The translations under genes were made by a program, and so were the position numbers. DNA of 29,600 nucleotides from a virus (lineage: Duplodnaviria > Caudoviricetes), in IMG/VR virus record IMGVR_UViG_3300017913_000395, positions 1-29,600 of that record; one strand, written 5' to 3'. Under the pieces are notes generated by a model, which worked only from the letters and a program-made list of their open reading frames with translations, had not been told where the DNA came from and did not search any database. Numbering within the stretch: position 1 is the stretch's first letter; the number at the start of each line of letters is the position of its first letter. Shown here piece after piece: positions 1-9,036 of the stretch.

Positions 1-429
1 GTGGTAATCAAAAGAGCCAGAGGATACGCTAATTTCATCATCCGCATCTAAATCTAAAATGGTAGCAAGCTCCATACATTCATAGCTTGATGCGTTTGTT
101 GCTGAGTTTACCTGTGTGGAAGCTACATCTGAGCCATTTTTCTGTATGCTTAGTTTACAACGAACATTTCCATCAGAGTATGCCTGTGCGGAAAAGAAAT
201 ATAACCCAGCCACAGGCGCAGTAAATTTATATGTAGATGTGTCGTAATTCCCACCGTGGTCAAAGTCTTCTACGTTGTATTCAATTGTCCCTGTGCTTTC
301 GACATTGCCAGTCACTATCGCTCTGAATGATGGACGAGCAGGTGTAGTAACACGCCCACTACTATCAATGCTTAACGCACTAGTTCCAGAGGAGTTCTGG
401 ATGTTGTCTACTTTTAATACTGAAGTCAT
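1..429 (-). CDS. C1q-like domain fibre/adhesin protein (3' end truncated by window)
   Basis: Not in ORF track. ATG at 429 overlaps upstream TGA (ATGA); reads open to base 1: MTSVLKVDNIQNSSGTSALSIDSSGRVTTPARPSFRA...FDHGGNYDTSTYKFTAPVAGLYFFS...ILDLDADDEISV, matching the gC1q pattern (P.F.A; F.APV.GLY.F; L.L...D.I.V). Confidence 0.8.
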   Translation of the reverse strand, partial: MTSVLKVDNIQNSSGTSALSIDSSGRVTTPARPSFRAIVTGNVESTGTIEYNVEDFDHGGNYDTSTYKFTAPVAGLYFFSAQAYSDGNVRCKLSIQKNGSDVASTQVNSATNASSYECMELATILDLDADDEISVSSGSFDYH

Positions 430-968
430 CCTGCAATCTCCGTAACTGTAATCGTTGAGGCGGTTCTCCAATTTGTATCGCTAGGAAGTCTATTAACATA
501 TCCTGTTCCAGCATTAACATACATACTTGCTTTATAAGTTGTTGCTGATGTTGTAGAAGGACTATCTAAAAAACTAAATGAAACAGGAATACCAATTCCA
601 GTTTGGTTATTGTGGTAAAATACTAAAGAACCATCTCTATCATCAGAAGTTCCTTGATCTGAATCACCTATTACAGTTGAACCTCTGTATATTCTAATAG
701 AACTTGCGCCATTTGAAGTTATGCCTATGCACCCTAAATGCAAAGTAACTAGAACTTTACTAGAGGTTGACTTTGGCGTTATAGAGACAGACAAACCAGT
801 AATATCTTCATGCCCTGATGTTCCAGTAGTGTTAAATACATCATCCTTAAATGTTTGCTGAACTTGAATAACATGACCAGCAGGGTACAGCGTACCGTCT
901 GACTGTATGGTAGCCGCTGATGTGCCGTTGGTGTGCTGTATTTCATTTACGCCGATTATACTAGCCAT
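426..968 (-). CDS. Short tail-fibre/adhesin module protein
   Basis: Start moved to ATG 968 (GGAGG RBS upstream). C-terminal domain (GHVIQ...ITPKSTSSKVL...FLDSPSTTSATTY...EIAG) is paralogous to that of 2879-3715. Confidence 0.7.
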   Translation of the reverse strand: MASIIGVNEIQHTNGTSAATIQSDGTLYPAGHVIQVQQTFKDDVFNTTGTSGHEDITGLSVSITPKSTSSKVLVTLHLGCIGITSNGASSIRIYRGSTVIGDSDQGTSDDRDGSLVFYHNNQTGIGIPVSFSFLDSPSTTSATTYKASMYVNAGTGYVNRLPSDTNWRTASTITVTEIAG

Positions 969-1551
969 TGTAAGCACCTCCTAATGCTGTGATTGTTAGT
1001 GTAGGTGCGGCAAACACATCAGTACCAGAACCATCAAACTCTTGGATTATGTGAAATCTACCTTCATATGATGCGCTGTATTCACGGAAAGTAATTTTCA
1101 ATTCCTTGCCAGAAGTCCAGCTTGCAAGCCTTCCAGTGTTGCTATCTGCTGTACCACCAATAGGGATGACCCATTTAAAGTTCCACAAACCCCCACCATC
1201 ACCGCCATCAATACCACGCCTTGCGTACACAACCTCTGAGCCGTCAACATAAAACCTCATGCTCATAATAACTCTTGAGTCATTGCCTGTAGCGTAGTTT
1301 GCGCTAAATTCATAAATTACGGCAGTTGCACCAGTTGGCGGAGTGTAGGTAATTACAGAACCTGTAAGGTCATCATAACTTGTCGCCGCAGACTTCACGC
1401 CTGTAACATTAGGTGCTGTATATGTACCGCTTGGCACAGTGTATGAACCGCCATCGCAGTTCATCGCCAGCACTTCCAGCACATTACTCAGACCATTGAC
1501 AATGTTTCCTGTGGTCTTTGGCTTAATCTCATTTACATATAGCTTGCTCAT
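961..1551 (-). CDS. Short tail-fibre/adhesin module protein
   Basis: N-terminus MSKLYVNEI resembles the neighbouring modules; beta-rich Thr/Gly/Ser domain; tight packing with neighbours. Confidence 0.65.
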   Translation of the reverse strand: MSKLYVNEIKPKTTGNIVNGLSNVLEVLAMNCDGGSYTVPSGTYTAPNVTGVKSAATSYDDLTGSVITYTPPTGATAVIYEFSANYATGNDSRVIMSMRFYVDGSEVVYARRGIDGGDGGGLWNFKWVIPIGGTADSNTGRLASWTSGKELKITFREYSASYEGRFHIIQEFDGSGTDVFAAPTLTITALGGAYNG

Positions 1552-2022
1552 TTAAACCACCGTGAATGTGCCGTTGATTGTCAGCGTTGCGTTCAGCGTA
1601 AACGGACCAGCGACCATTGCGTTCTCATCTGATGCAATCGTCACATCATTACCGCTTGCCAGTTCCGTATCGTTTACCCTGATAGCGTTGTCCTTCATGA
1701 TTGAAGAAGACATTTTGTTTACGTCTACAGTGCCGTCACTTACTACGGTTGTATTGCCAACATCACCAAGAGTAATAATAAAGTCTATAGAGTCACCTGT
1801 AACAAGCGTCTCACTGAAGGTAATAGTACTGCCGCTGATTGTGTATGCTGAACCAGGCTCTTGAATAACCCCATTTACAGATACAATAAGCTGCTCTGCT
1901 GAGCCTGGCTTATAGTTAGCACTGTTAAGCTGCATGGTGTAAGCAGCCTGATTATTCACTACAGATATAGCATCTAGCTTCGAGAACTTACCTGTAACTG
2001 GTGCACGGCCTACATAGGGCAT
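1552..2022 (-). CDS. Fibre-associated structural/adaptor protein
   Basis: MPYVGR N-terminus and VNGVIQEPGSAYTISGSTITFSE module shared with 2879-3715; ends AGPFTLNATLTINGTFTVV. Confidence 0.65.
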   Translation of the reverse strand: MPYVGRAPVTGKFSKLDAISVVNNQAAYTMQLNSANYKPGSAEQLIVSVNGVIQEPGSAYTISGSTITFSETLVTGDSIDFIITLGDVGNTTVVSDGTVDVNKMSSSIMKDNAIRVNDTELASGNDVTIASDENAMVAGPFTLNATLTINGTFTVV

Positions 2023-2309
2023 TAGTCGCCTCCCTGTGCTGATGCATATTTGGCTGCAAGGTCAGCCGCTAATGCCGCCGCTCCTGCATCCCATGTTGTT
2101 GATACATTTGACCACCAGCTTTGCGTAGTAATGTCTTCATACCAAATCTGTTCACCGTTATACTCTACAGCGGCTTCAACGCCATCTGATGATTGAACGG
2201 CTCTGATGTTTGAAGGTAACCAAGAAATGTCTAAATCGAAGTAAGGAGCATTGTCTTTGACAATAGTCCCCATTGTGTCACTCTCTCGTGTTATCGTCCA
2301 TTTTGCCAT
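2022..2309 (-). CDS. Putative tail-fibre assembly/accessory protein
   Basis: Small acidic Trp-rich protein directly downstream of the collar-domain gene; function inferred from position. Confidence 0.45.
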   Translation of the reverse strand: MAKWTITRESDTMGTIVKDNAPYFDLDISWLPSNIRAVQSSDGVEAAVEYNGEQIWYEDITTQSWWSNVSTTWDAGAAALAADLAAKYASAQGGD

Positions 2310-2317
2310 TAGAACAC

Positions 2318-2869
2318 CTATGTTTTGATAATGTAGTTTAGAACGATGGATGGCTGAACATTAGCGTGTGCATTACTGCTACCGCTATTACTCATAAATT
2401 CATTATAAATATCGCCACTTTCACTCTGTGCTCTCATGCCATAACTTGCACCTGATCCACCAAACCAATCTGGAACGTCACCATTGCCGCCTTTTAGCTG
2501 GTGATAGTGTGAAGGCATTTCACCATTTGAGAGTGTGTGGGTTTGTGCGCCACCAGCAGTACCCAGTGTTGAACCGTCAATAGTTGAACCAGAAGTAAGT
2601 CTGTTAGCGGCTGTGCCACCCATATTGTCTTTGCCACAAACTGTTCTGCCACGAATGTCTGGAACATTAAATGTAGTTGAACCATCGCCAGAGCCATAGG
2701 TAGTGCCTATTGCAGTAAACAAGGCTGAGTAAGTTGTTCTTGATACAGCAGAACCATCACACTCTAACCACCCCGTAGGAGCAGATGTACCACCCCACGG
2801 AACGATTGAACCTGTTTCACTTCCTATTGAACCATCGGTAGAAGCAACTTTAATCTTTGATAATGCCAT
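2318..2869 (-). CDS. Phage tail collar domain protein
   Basis: GSIVPWGGTSAPTGWLECDGSAVSRTTYSALFTAIGTTYGSGDGSTTFNVPDIRGR is the canonical collar motif; ends H.NVQP...NYIIKT. Confidence 0.9.
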   Translation of the reverse strand: MALSKIKVASTDGSIGSETGSIVPWGGTSAPTGWLECDGSAVSRTTYSALFTAIGTTYGSGDGSTTFNVPDIRGRTVCGKDNMGGTAANRLTSGSTIDGSTLGTAGGAQTHTLSNGEMPSHYHQLKGGNGDVPDWFGGSGASYGMRAQSESGDIYNEFMSNSGSSNAHANVQPSIVLNYIIKT

Positions 2870-2878
2870 TGCTTACTC

Positions 2879-3715
2879 CTACCCTGCTAATTCCTGCACC
2901 AGCAAACCAGATATACCTGAGCCGGTGTCTGTTGAGCCTGTTGACTCTGTTCTGTTTATATAAAATGTATCACTACCACTAACCTGATGATAAATTTCTA
3001 CAGAGTACGTCACCTGAGAAGTTGTTGCTGGGGAATCAATGAAGAACCCACTGTCTGTACTCATTTCCCATACTTGAAAACTTGTGCCGCCAAATGCCGC
3101 CCTAATCGTACCAAAGTCACCAGTAGACCCAGATATTGCTGTTCCATCTCTTAAAAACCTTATGAAAACCTCATTTCCATAAGCGGAATAACTTATAAAA
3201 GACTGAAGCAAAACAGTGCTAGATGATGATGTTGGCGTAAAAGTTGTAGACACAATTTCATGCCAGCTATTAGAAGCCTTTGATGAAGATGTTGTATTAA
3301 AATCACTAGCAGTTTGTATAACAGCACCAGTAGGAAATCTTGCTGTACTCAAAGTGCCAGTTAATTTACTAGCCGCAACAGTATCTATCTTGGCATTAGT
3401 CACAGCCCCATCAGCAATAGCACCTGTACTTACACTATCATCTGGCGGGTTAGTCGTTGCTACAGACCTACCGATATACAAAACATAACAGTCATCAGAT
3501 GAAGTAATCGCTTCAGAGAAAGTAATGGTAGTTCCTGATGCTGTGTATGCTTTGCCAGAACCTGGCTCTTGGCGCACATTGTTCACGAACACGGCAATGT
3601 CATTACCATTAGCGACTGAGTTTGTGAGAGTGTAGCCTGTGCTGCCATCACCTGTGATGGTCTGCTTCTCAATGCTAGAGAAGGTAGGCGTAGCTTGATT
3701 ACCAATGTACCCCAT
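2879..3715 (-). CDS. Tail-fibre module protein (adaptor + shaft + receptor-binding-like domain)
   Basis: MGYIGN start, VFVNNVRQEP module, IADGAVTNAKI shaft repeat, C-terminal domain paralogous to 426-968. Confidence 0.7.
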   Translation of the reverse strand: MGYIGNQATPTFSSIEKQTITGDGSTGYTLTNSVANGNDIAVFVNNVRQEPGSGKAYTASGTTITFSEAITSSDDCYVLYIGRSVATTNPPDDSVSTGAIADGAVTNAKIDTVAASKLTGTLSTARFPTGAVIQTASDFNTTSSSKASNSWHEIVSTTFTPTSSSSTVLLQSFISYSAYGNEVFIRFLRDGTAISGSTGDFGTIRAAFGGTSFQVWEMSTDSGFFIDSPATTSQVTYSVEIYHQVSGSDTFYINRTESTGSTDTGSGISGLLVQELAG

Positions 3716-3725
3716 AGTTATACCC

Positions 3726-4064
3726 TTATGAGCTTATGTCGTCAACAGTAGAAATCCACGCATCTGCAGAAGTTGCTGCAGAACTTTTGACTAAGAGCTG
3801 GTCACCGTTCTGAACTACGAACTTTGCGCCGCCGTCCAAAACCTGTAGAGCACCACCAGCACTGATTGGTGCAGACTTGACTAAGTAAATGTCATTAGTG
3901 CCGTCATTGATGTACACATCAACTTCGATAGCACTGTCTGTGACATTTGCCACATTTATGCCTACGATTGTGTCATATGAGTCAAAGGTAGATGAGTCAC
4001 TAGGCACACCCTTAGCAGTTGTGCCAATGTCATGAAGCGTATACCGCCTAAAGTTTTGTGCCAT
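3726..4064 (-). CDS. Small beta-rich virion/fibre adaptor protein
   Basis: GGAG RBS; follows the gene ending in AIAMAIAL, a pairing recalled from marine phage fibre cassettes. Confidence 0.6.
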   Translation of the reverse strand: MAQNFRRYTLHDIGTTAKGVPSDSSTFDSYDTIVGINVANVTDSAIEVDVYINDGTNDIYLVKSAPISAGGALQVLDGGAKFVVQNGDQLLVKSSAATSADAWISTVDDISS

Positions 4065-4077
4065 TGTTTATCTCCGA

Positions 4078-4356
4078 TCAGAGGGCGATTGCCATAGCGA
4101 TGGCAAAGCCGTTAGTAGCACCAGCAGAAATGCCGGTGAGTGATGAGCCATCACCACTGAATGATGTGGCAGTTACAGTACCAGTAACATTTACGTTACC
4201 AGTTCCTGTAATATCCCGATTATTTAAGTCCAGATTGCCGCCTAGTTGTGGCGTAGTATCATCCACAACATCGGTCATTGAGTTATCCAGATGGGTGGTT
4301 TTTACATCACCATCACTCTCAAGCAAGTCTGATATGTTACGTGTTCTTGTAGTCAT
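4078..4356 (-). CDS. Mini tail-fibre protein ending in GFAIAMAIAL
   Basis: DVVDDTTPQLGGNLDLNNRDITGTGNVNVTG matches DLVDDTSPELGGNLSLNSSDITGTGNINITG in the large fibre. Confidence 0.7.
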   Translation of the reverse strand: MTTRTRNISDLLESDGDVKTTHLDNSMTDVVDDTTPQLGGNLDLNNRDITGTGNVNVTGTVTATSFSGDGSSLTGISAGATNGFAIAMAIAL

Positions 4357-4359
4357 CTA

Positions 4360-4803
4360 TTAGTCCTCGCCCTGTAGATCAGAAACTATGTCCGCTATTG
4401 CCGATGAGTACAGCCCTTGCCAGTCTGCGTTATTAATTATTGTGGCTGCATCACTGTATCTGTCTTCGTCTATTGCCGTTGCAAACCCAGGAAGGTTGTA
4501 CACAGTGATGTAATTAAACATAGCTACTAGCTTCATGATGCTATGCTGAACAACCTCTGTCTTAGAAGTAAAGTTGGTATATTGATCTATGCAAAACTGA
4601 ACAGTGTTATCGTAATCAATAGTAAACAATTCATCTATTCTATCATCAGTAATAGTGTCACCCACAGCAGATGTGTTCTCTGTATCATTGCCTGTTATAA
4701 TGTGGGCTATACCAACCGTACGAATGCCATCACTATTTTCTGCTATAGTATTACTGCTACCAAGTATGGCTGTAATATCAGTTTTGAACGTGGCTTTATT
4801 CAT
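4360..4803 (-). CDS. Putative catalytically inactive GH24 (T4-type) lysozyme homologue
   Basis: Aligns by eye with the endolysin at 20310-20792 without gaps in both terminal blocks; catalytic E and D positions are L14 and N23, T29 retained. Confidence 0.7.
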   Translation of the reverse strand: MNKATFKTDITAILGSSNTIAENSDGIRTVGIAHIITGNDTENTSAVGDTITDDRIDELFTIDYDNTVQFCIDQYTNFTSKTEVVQHSIMKLVAMFNYITVYNLPGFATAIDEDRYSDAATIINNADWQGLYSSAIADIVSDLQGED

Positions 4804-6107
4804 ACTGACTTCCGTGAATAGTTACCAGTAAAGTTAGTCAGCGTAATGCCATCAGTTACCGCGCCAGTTGTGGCGTTGTTTGTAACAGCACTGCCGCCAA
4901 AAGCATTTTCACTAAATGCCAGTGGATTGCCGTTGCTGTCTGTGCTTGAGACAGCTTGATAGAACCAAACAATACCAGCCGCACCAGACTGAGAAGCATT
5001 ACCAGATGAACCGCCGTCACCCCAGCCACCTTCACCGAAGTTCCAATCAGGCGAGTTGCCAGCATTAGGCAAATCACCTGTCTGACCACCGCCACCAGAG
5101 CCATATCCAGCGTATGACTTGTCGTTGTTTCTCCATGTTTGATAGCCTCTGCCACCAAACTGATATGGACCAAAGCGAGAGCAACCCCCTGGAAATCCAG
5201 ACCACGGTGCGCCGCAAGGTGGGCGAGTTTCGTTGTTAGACTTTTCGTCAGTAATGGTTACACCATTGCCAGAGCCAGTGTTTGTTTTAACATTAGACAA
5301 AGCATAACCAACATCACCGCCCCTGCCAGCCTTTGCCGTAATGGTAACAGTGTTTGATGATGTGGGGCTTGTCCAGCTAATCTGACTATCGTGACCATTA
5401 GCGTTGTTTGAACTTGTTGATGCTCTGCCTACAGTTACAGTAATTTCCATGTCTTCTTCAGCGTCTGTAATCTCGCCAGTCACCCAACCACCGGCGTTGC
5501 CGCCATGAATGCTGGCATACTGAGAAGCACCATCACCACAACCACCAGATGCTTGTACCAAGAAATATACAGTGCCATCTTTCGGCACAGTGTATGTACC
5601 TGTTGTGTTTGCTGAACCACCGTTCTCATTACCTAAAAAGACTTGCAAGCCATTAGCTCCGTCTTTTGCTGAGATACGACTACTGTTGTCTGTTGTCGTT
5701 GCGCTACCCCAAGACCATTGTGAAGATGCAATGGTATAATAATATATAGGGTCTGCTTCAGTGTTTGTTCTGTCTGTGTACGGTATTGCACCAGCAGAAC
5801 TAGGGGCTTCCGCATCACCGTTTGCATCTACAGTGCCAGATGTAATAATACCGCTGCCAATAACTTCAAAGTCATCTGCGCTTGAGTTGTTAATGACAGC
5901 GTTAGAGCCATCACCTTCAATAGCCTCACCATTCATATCCAAGATAATCTTAGCATGGTTGCTATTGTCAGGCATTGTAAGAGTGCCAGAGATAATATCT
6001 GTCACTTTGTAGTACTGTACAGGAAAGTCAGATGTGCTACCGGCTTTAGTCTCCAAATCGCCAGAGCTATTAACTTCTGTATATGATAGACCTTTAGCAA
6101 GAAACAT
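4800..6107 (-). CDS. Glycine-rich tail fibre/spike protein
   Basis: YTVP...V.FLVQASGG.G; GG.AGG.V.G.I; GYGSGGGG; GAAGIVW.Y pattern typical of Gly-rich fibre domains. Confidence 0.7.
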   Translation of the reverse strand: MFLAKGLSYTEVNSSGDLETKAGSTSDFPVQYYKVTDIISGTLTMPDNSNHAKIILDMNGEAIEGDGSNAVINNSSADDFEVIGSGIITSGTVDANGDAEAPSSAGAIPYTDRTNTEADPIYYYTIASSQWSWGSATTTDNSSRISAKDGANGLQVFLGNENGGSANTTGTYTVPKDGTVYFLVQASGGCGDGASQYASIHGGNAGGWVTGEITDAEEDMEITVTVGRASTSSNNANGHDSQISWTSPTSSNTVTITAKAGRGGDVGYALSNVKTNTGSGNGVTITDEKSNNETRPPCGAPWSGFPGGCSRFGPYQFGGRGYQTWRNNDKSYAGYGSGGGGQTGDLPNAGNSPDWNFGEGGWGDGGSSGNASQSGAAGIVWFYQAVSSTDSNGNPLAFSENAFGGSAVTNNATTGAVTDGITLTNFTGNYSRKSV

Positions 6108-6529
6108 TAAGAGTACACCGTCTCACTGTAATAAACTACGTCAGTTGTGTCGTTGTAAACGCCAGATGCAATCTCACAAGAGCTGCCTAGCGTAATACCC
6201 TGGCTGTTTGCCGGATAAGCCATAGTCAATGTACCTGTAGTCGTAACATTGAATGATGCACCATCTGGGGTATTTGCATCTTTAGCTATAGTTACAGTAC
6301 CCGTACCTGTGTGTTGTACATAGGTAATGTCAGCAGATAGAGTAACCGTACCACTACCTGACACTGTTTCTACACTTGCCAATCCGTTGATAGCGGCAGC
6401 ACCTACGGCATTATCTGCAATAGCAGCCGAACCCACAGCATCATCTGCTATAGATGAGCTGACAACCCTATCTGCTGCAACCTCTCCACTTGTGTTAATA
6501 ACTTCAGTGCTTCCTACAAAAAATGCCAT
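6107..6529 (-). CDS. Short fibre/adaptor protein
   Basis: IADDAVGSAAIADNAVGAAAI shaft-type repeats; TAATG coupling on both sides. Confidence 0.6.
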   Translation of the reverse strand: MAFFVGSTEVINTSGEVAADRVVSSSIADDAVGSAAIADNAVGAAAINGLASVETVSGSGTVTLSADITYVQHTGTGTVTIAKDANTPDGASFNVTTTGTLTMAYPANSQGITLGSSCEIASGVYNDTTDVVYYSETVYS

Positions 6530-9036
6530 TAGATAGTTCCTTCTGAAATTACGTTTCCTACTACCGTCAGGTTGCCTGATGTATCTAGCTTCATCTTAGA
6601 TGTACCTGCGTATTTAATAAGAAGGTCGTTACCAGAGACTTCAAAGGTCCAATCGTTTGAAGCGTTCTCAAGAGTAAACGTACCACCGTGAACATCACCA
6701 GATGCAGTCACGTCACCTGTAATGTTTATATTGCCTGTTCCTGTAATATCGGAACTGTTCAAGCTCAGGTTGCCGCCCAGCTCTGGAGATGTATCATCTA
6801 CCAAGTCAGTGCTGATAGTTGATGGCTCAAAGTTGCTTGATGTGCTGTTGTAAGCCAGCACCTGACCATTACTAACGCCTGTTGTAGATACATCTTGTGC
6901 ATCACCGATGTTAAATGAAGCCAGGTCGAATGTGCCGTAGGCTACAATATCAACCAGGTCACCTGTTGCTGCCGCAGTAGTCAGCGTAAGTGAGCTTCCG
7001 TTAGTTGCGGTAAAATCTGTACCGTCTACCAGCTTAACACCATTGAGATATACATCAATGTAACCAGCGTCATAGGTAGCAGGGAATACTGTAGTAGAAC
7101 CTGTGTATGTTCCTTTGGTAGTTCCAACCACATAGTTTTCACGTTCTGCTGTACCGTTGACTGAAGAACCAGCAGCAACCCAGCCGCCTGAACCATACAC
7201 CTTCATAGTATTAGAAGTTGAATCAAAATACAGCGCACCAATTACAAGTGGGTCACCGTCATTATCGACTGTCGGAGCTGAAGATTTGCTGCCTAAGTAC
7301 CGATCGTCAAATTGGTCGTATGAATTTGCTGCATTCGTAGCCGAACTTGCGGCGGCTGTAGCTGAGTTAGCGGCATTTGTTTCCGATGTTGCAGCATTAG
7401 ATTCAGAAGTCGCTGCATTTGAGGCTGAGGTAGAAGCTGCTGTAGCACTTCCAAGAATGCCATCTACATAGGTCTTTGTTGTTGCATCCGTGTTAGCAGT
7501 AGGCGTTCCAAGACCTGTAATCTTGTTACTACCCATTGCAATCGCGCCAGACATAGTACCACCTGCTAACGGCAGCATTGTGTCTGCGTATGCCTTTGTA
7601 GCAGCGTCTGTGGTTGCTGTAGGTGTGCCAAGACCAGTGATCTTGTTACTACCCATAGCAATAGCACCAGTCATTGTGCCACCAGCCAGAGGCAGTTTAG
7701 CGGCAATGCTAGTTGTTACAGTTGTAGCAAAGTTAGCATCATCACCAAGTGCTGCAGCCAGCTCATCGAGTGTGTCCAGGGCAGCAGGAGCAGAAGATAC
7801 AAGGTTAGAAATTTCAGTATCAACATAGTTCTTTGTTGCCGCATCTTGCGCTGAGGTTGGGTCTACAACATTTACCAGGCGAGTAGTGGTAAAGTCTGCT
7901 GTACCATTGACCACAAGGTTCTCAAGGGTGGTAGTGCCTGAGCTTGCGGTTACGTTGCCGGTGACATTACCTGTCAGATTACCAGTAACATTACCTGTGA
8001 CGTTGCCGGTTACAGCCCCTGTAATGTCGCCTGTAAAGCCACTGTTAGCTGTAATGGTTGTACCAGTGATGGCAGCAGCAGTTGTGCCACCAATAACTGC
8101 GTTGTCTATTGCACCGCCATTAATGTCTACTGTAGCAAGTGTCGCTTGGCCTGATGTAGATAGTGTTGTGAATGCGCCAGTCGATGCTGCATTAGCACCA
8201 ATCGGTGTGCCATCAATCTCACCGCCGTTTACATCTACTGCACCAATAATTACTTCACCAGTGCCAGCAGGTGTTAAATTAATATCACCGTTTGTGTTGG
8301 TAGATGAGATTGTATTCCCATCCAGCTTCAGGTTATCAATACGCAAGTCAGTTACTGCAGTATTAGTACCTATAGTTACTCCATCGATGCTGCCACCGTT
8401 AATGTCTATGGTAGTAACTGTGCCGCCATTTGATACAGTAGCACCTGTGTAGTTTACTGTTCCTGTAGCTGTGAGATTGGTGAAGTCGGCTGCAGCAGGG
8501 GTTGTGCCGCCGATTGTTGTGCCGTCAATAGCACCACCATTAATATCTGCAGTGGCAATAGTTCCTGTTGTAAACTCACCGGCTGCTGGGGTAGTTGAAC
8601 CGATGGTAGTGCCGTCAATGCTACCACCATCAATGTCAACACTTGTCATGTTGGTTGTGCCAAGATTTGATATGCCGTTTACATAAAGGTTCTTAAATCC
8701 CTTAGAGGCAGAACCTAAATCAACATCATCATCTGTCTCTGGCTCAATCTTGCCATCTGCAATGTGAACCTGCTTGGTAGATGTACCAGATACATCTGTA
8801 GAAATAGTTACTCTGTCGTTAGTTCCGTCAATCTCAACTTTGTTTTTAGGTGTAGTGGCTGCTGGATCACCAATCAATCCGATGACTGGGCCTTCAGCAG
8901 AAGAGCCATCATGAGCATGACCTGTCGTGTTGCTGAATGCATCACGAACCTGGTTGAGTTCATTGTTGAGTGGAGCAGCACGTACGGTTGCGCCTGGGGT
9001 AATATCCGCTGCACTCTGTCGTGTATAACCTGCCAT
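6529..9036 (-). CDS. Large tail fibre protein
   Basis: Follows the nozzle gene; anchor-like N-terminus (MAGYTRQS...H.HDG); DINGG.IDG..IG, GNVT, DAATK.Y.D and APAALDTL.ELAAALGDD repeats; Ala/Ser-rich coiled stretch. Confidence 0.85.
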   Translation of the reverse strand: MAGYTRQSAADITPGATVRAAPLNNELNQVRDAFSNTTGHAHDGSSAEGPVIGLIGDPAATTPKNKVEIDGTNDRVTISTDVSGTSTKQVHIADGKIEPETDDDVDLGSASKGFKNLYVNGISNLGTTNMTSVDIDGGSIDGTTIGSTTPAAGEFTTGTIATADINGGAIDGTTIGGTTPAAADFTNLTATGTVNYTGATVSNGGTVTTIDINGGSIDGVTIGTNTAVTDLRIDNLKLDGNTISSTNTNGDINLTPAGTGEVIIGAVDVNGGEIDGTPIGANAASTGAFTTLSTSGQATLATVDINGGAIDNAVIGGTTAAAITGTTITANSGFTGDITGAVTGNVTGNVTGNLTGNVTGNVTASSGTTTLENLVVNGTADFTTTRLVNVVDPTSAQDAATKNYVDTEISNLVSSAPAALDTLDELAAALGDDANFATTVTTSIAAKLPLAGGTMTGAIAMGSNKITGLGTPTATTDAATKAYADTMLPLAGGTMSGAIAMGSNKITGLGTPTANTDATTKTYVDGILGSATAASTSASNAATSESNAATSETNAANSATAAASSATNAANSYDQFDDRYLGSKSSAPTVDNDGDPLVIGALYFDSTSNTMKVYGSGGWVAAGSSVNGTAERENYVVGTTKGTYTGSTTVFPATYDAGYIDVYLNGVKLVDGTDFTATNGSSLTLTTAAATGDLVDIVAYGTFDLASFNIGDAQDVSTTGVSNGQVLAYNSTSSNFEPSTISTDLVDDTSPELGGNLSLNSSDITGTGNINITGDVTASGDVHGGTFTLENASNDWTFEVSGNDLLIKYAGTSKMKLDTSGNLTVVGNVISEGTI
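7466..7700 (-). repeat. Tandem 120-nt (40-aa) duplication within the tail fibre
   Basis: LPLAGGTM.GAIAMGSNKITGLGTPTA.TDA.TK.Y.D occurs twice; lines 7501 and 7621 are near-identical in DNA. Confidence 0.9.

Noticed and set aside
4360-4803. Decaying pseudogene
   Set aside because: Full-length frame with hydrophobic core pattern and translational coupling retained; treated as a pseudoenzyme instead.
1-6529. Diversity-generating retroelement or invertible fibre cassette
   Set aside because: No reverse transcriptase or invertase, no adenine-specific repeat pair seen, and all genes share one orientation.
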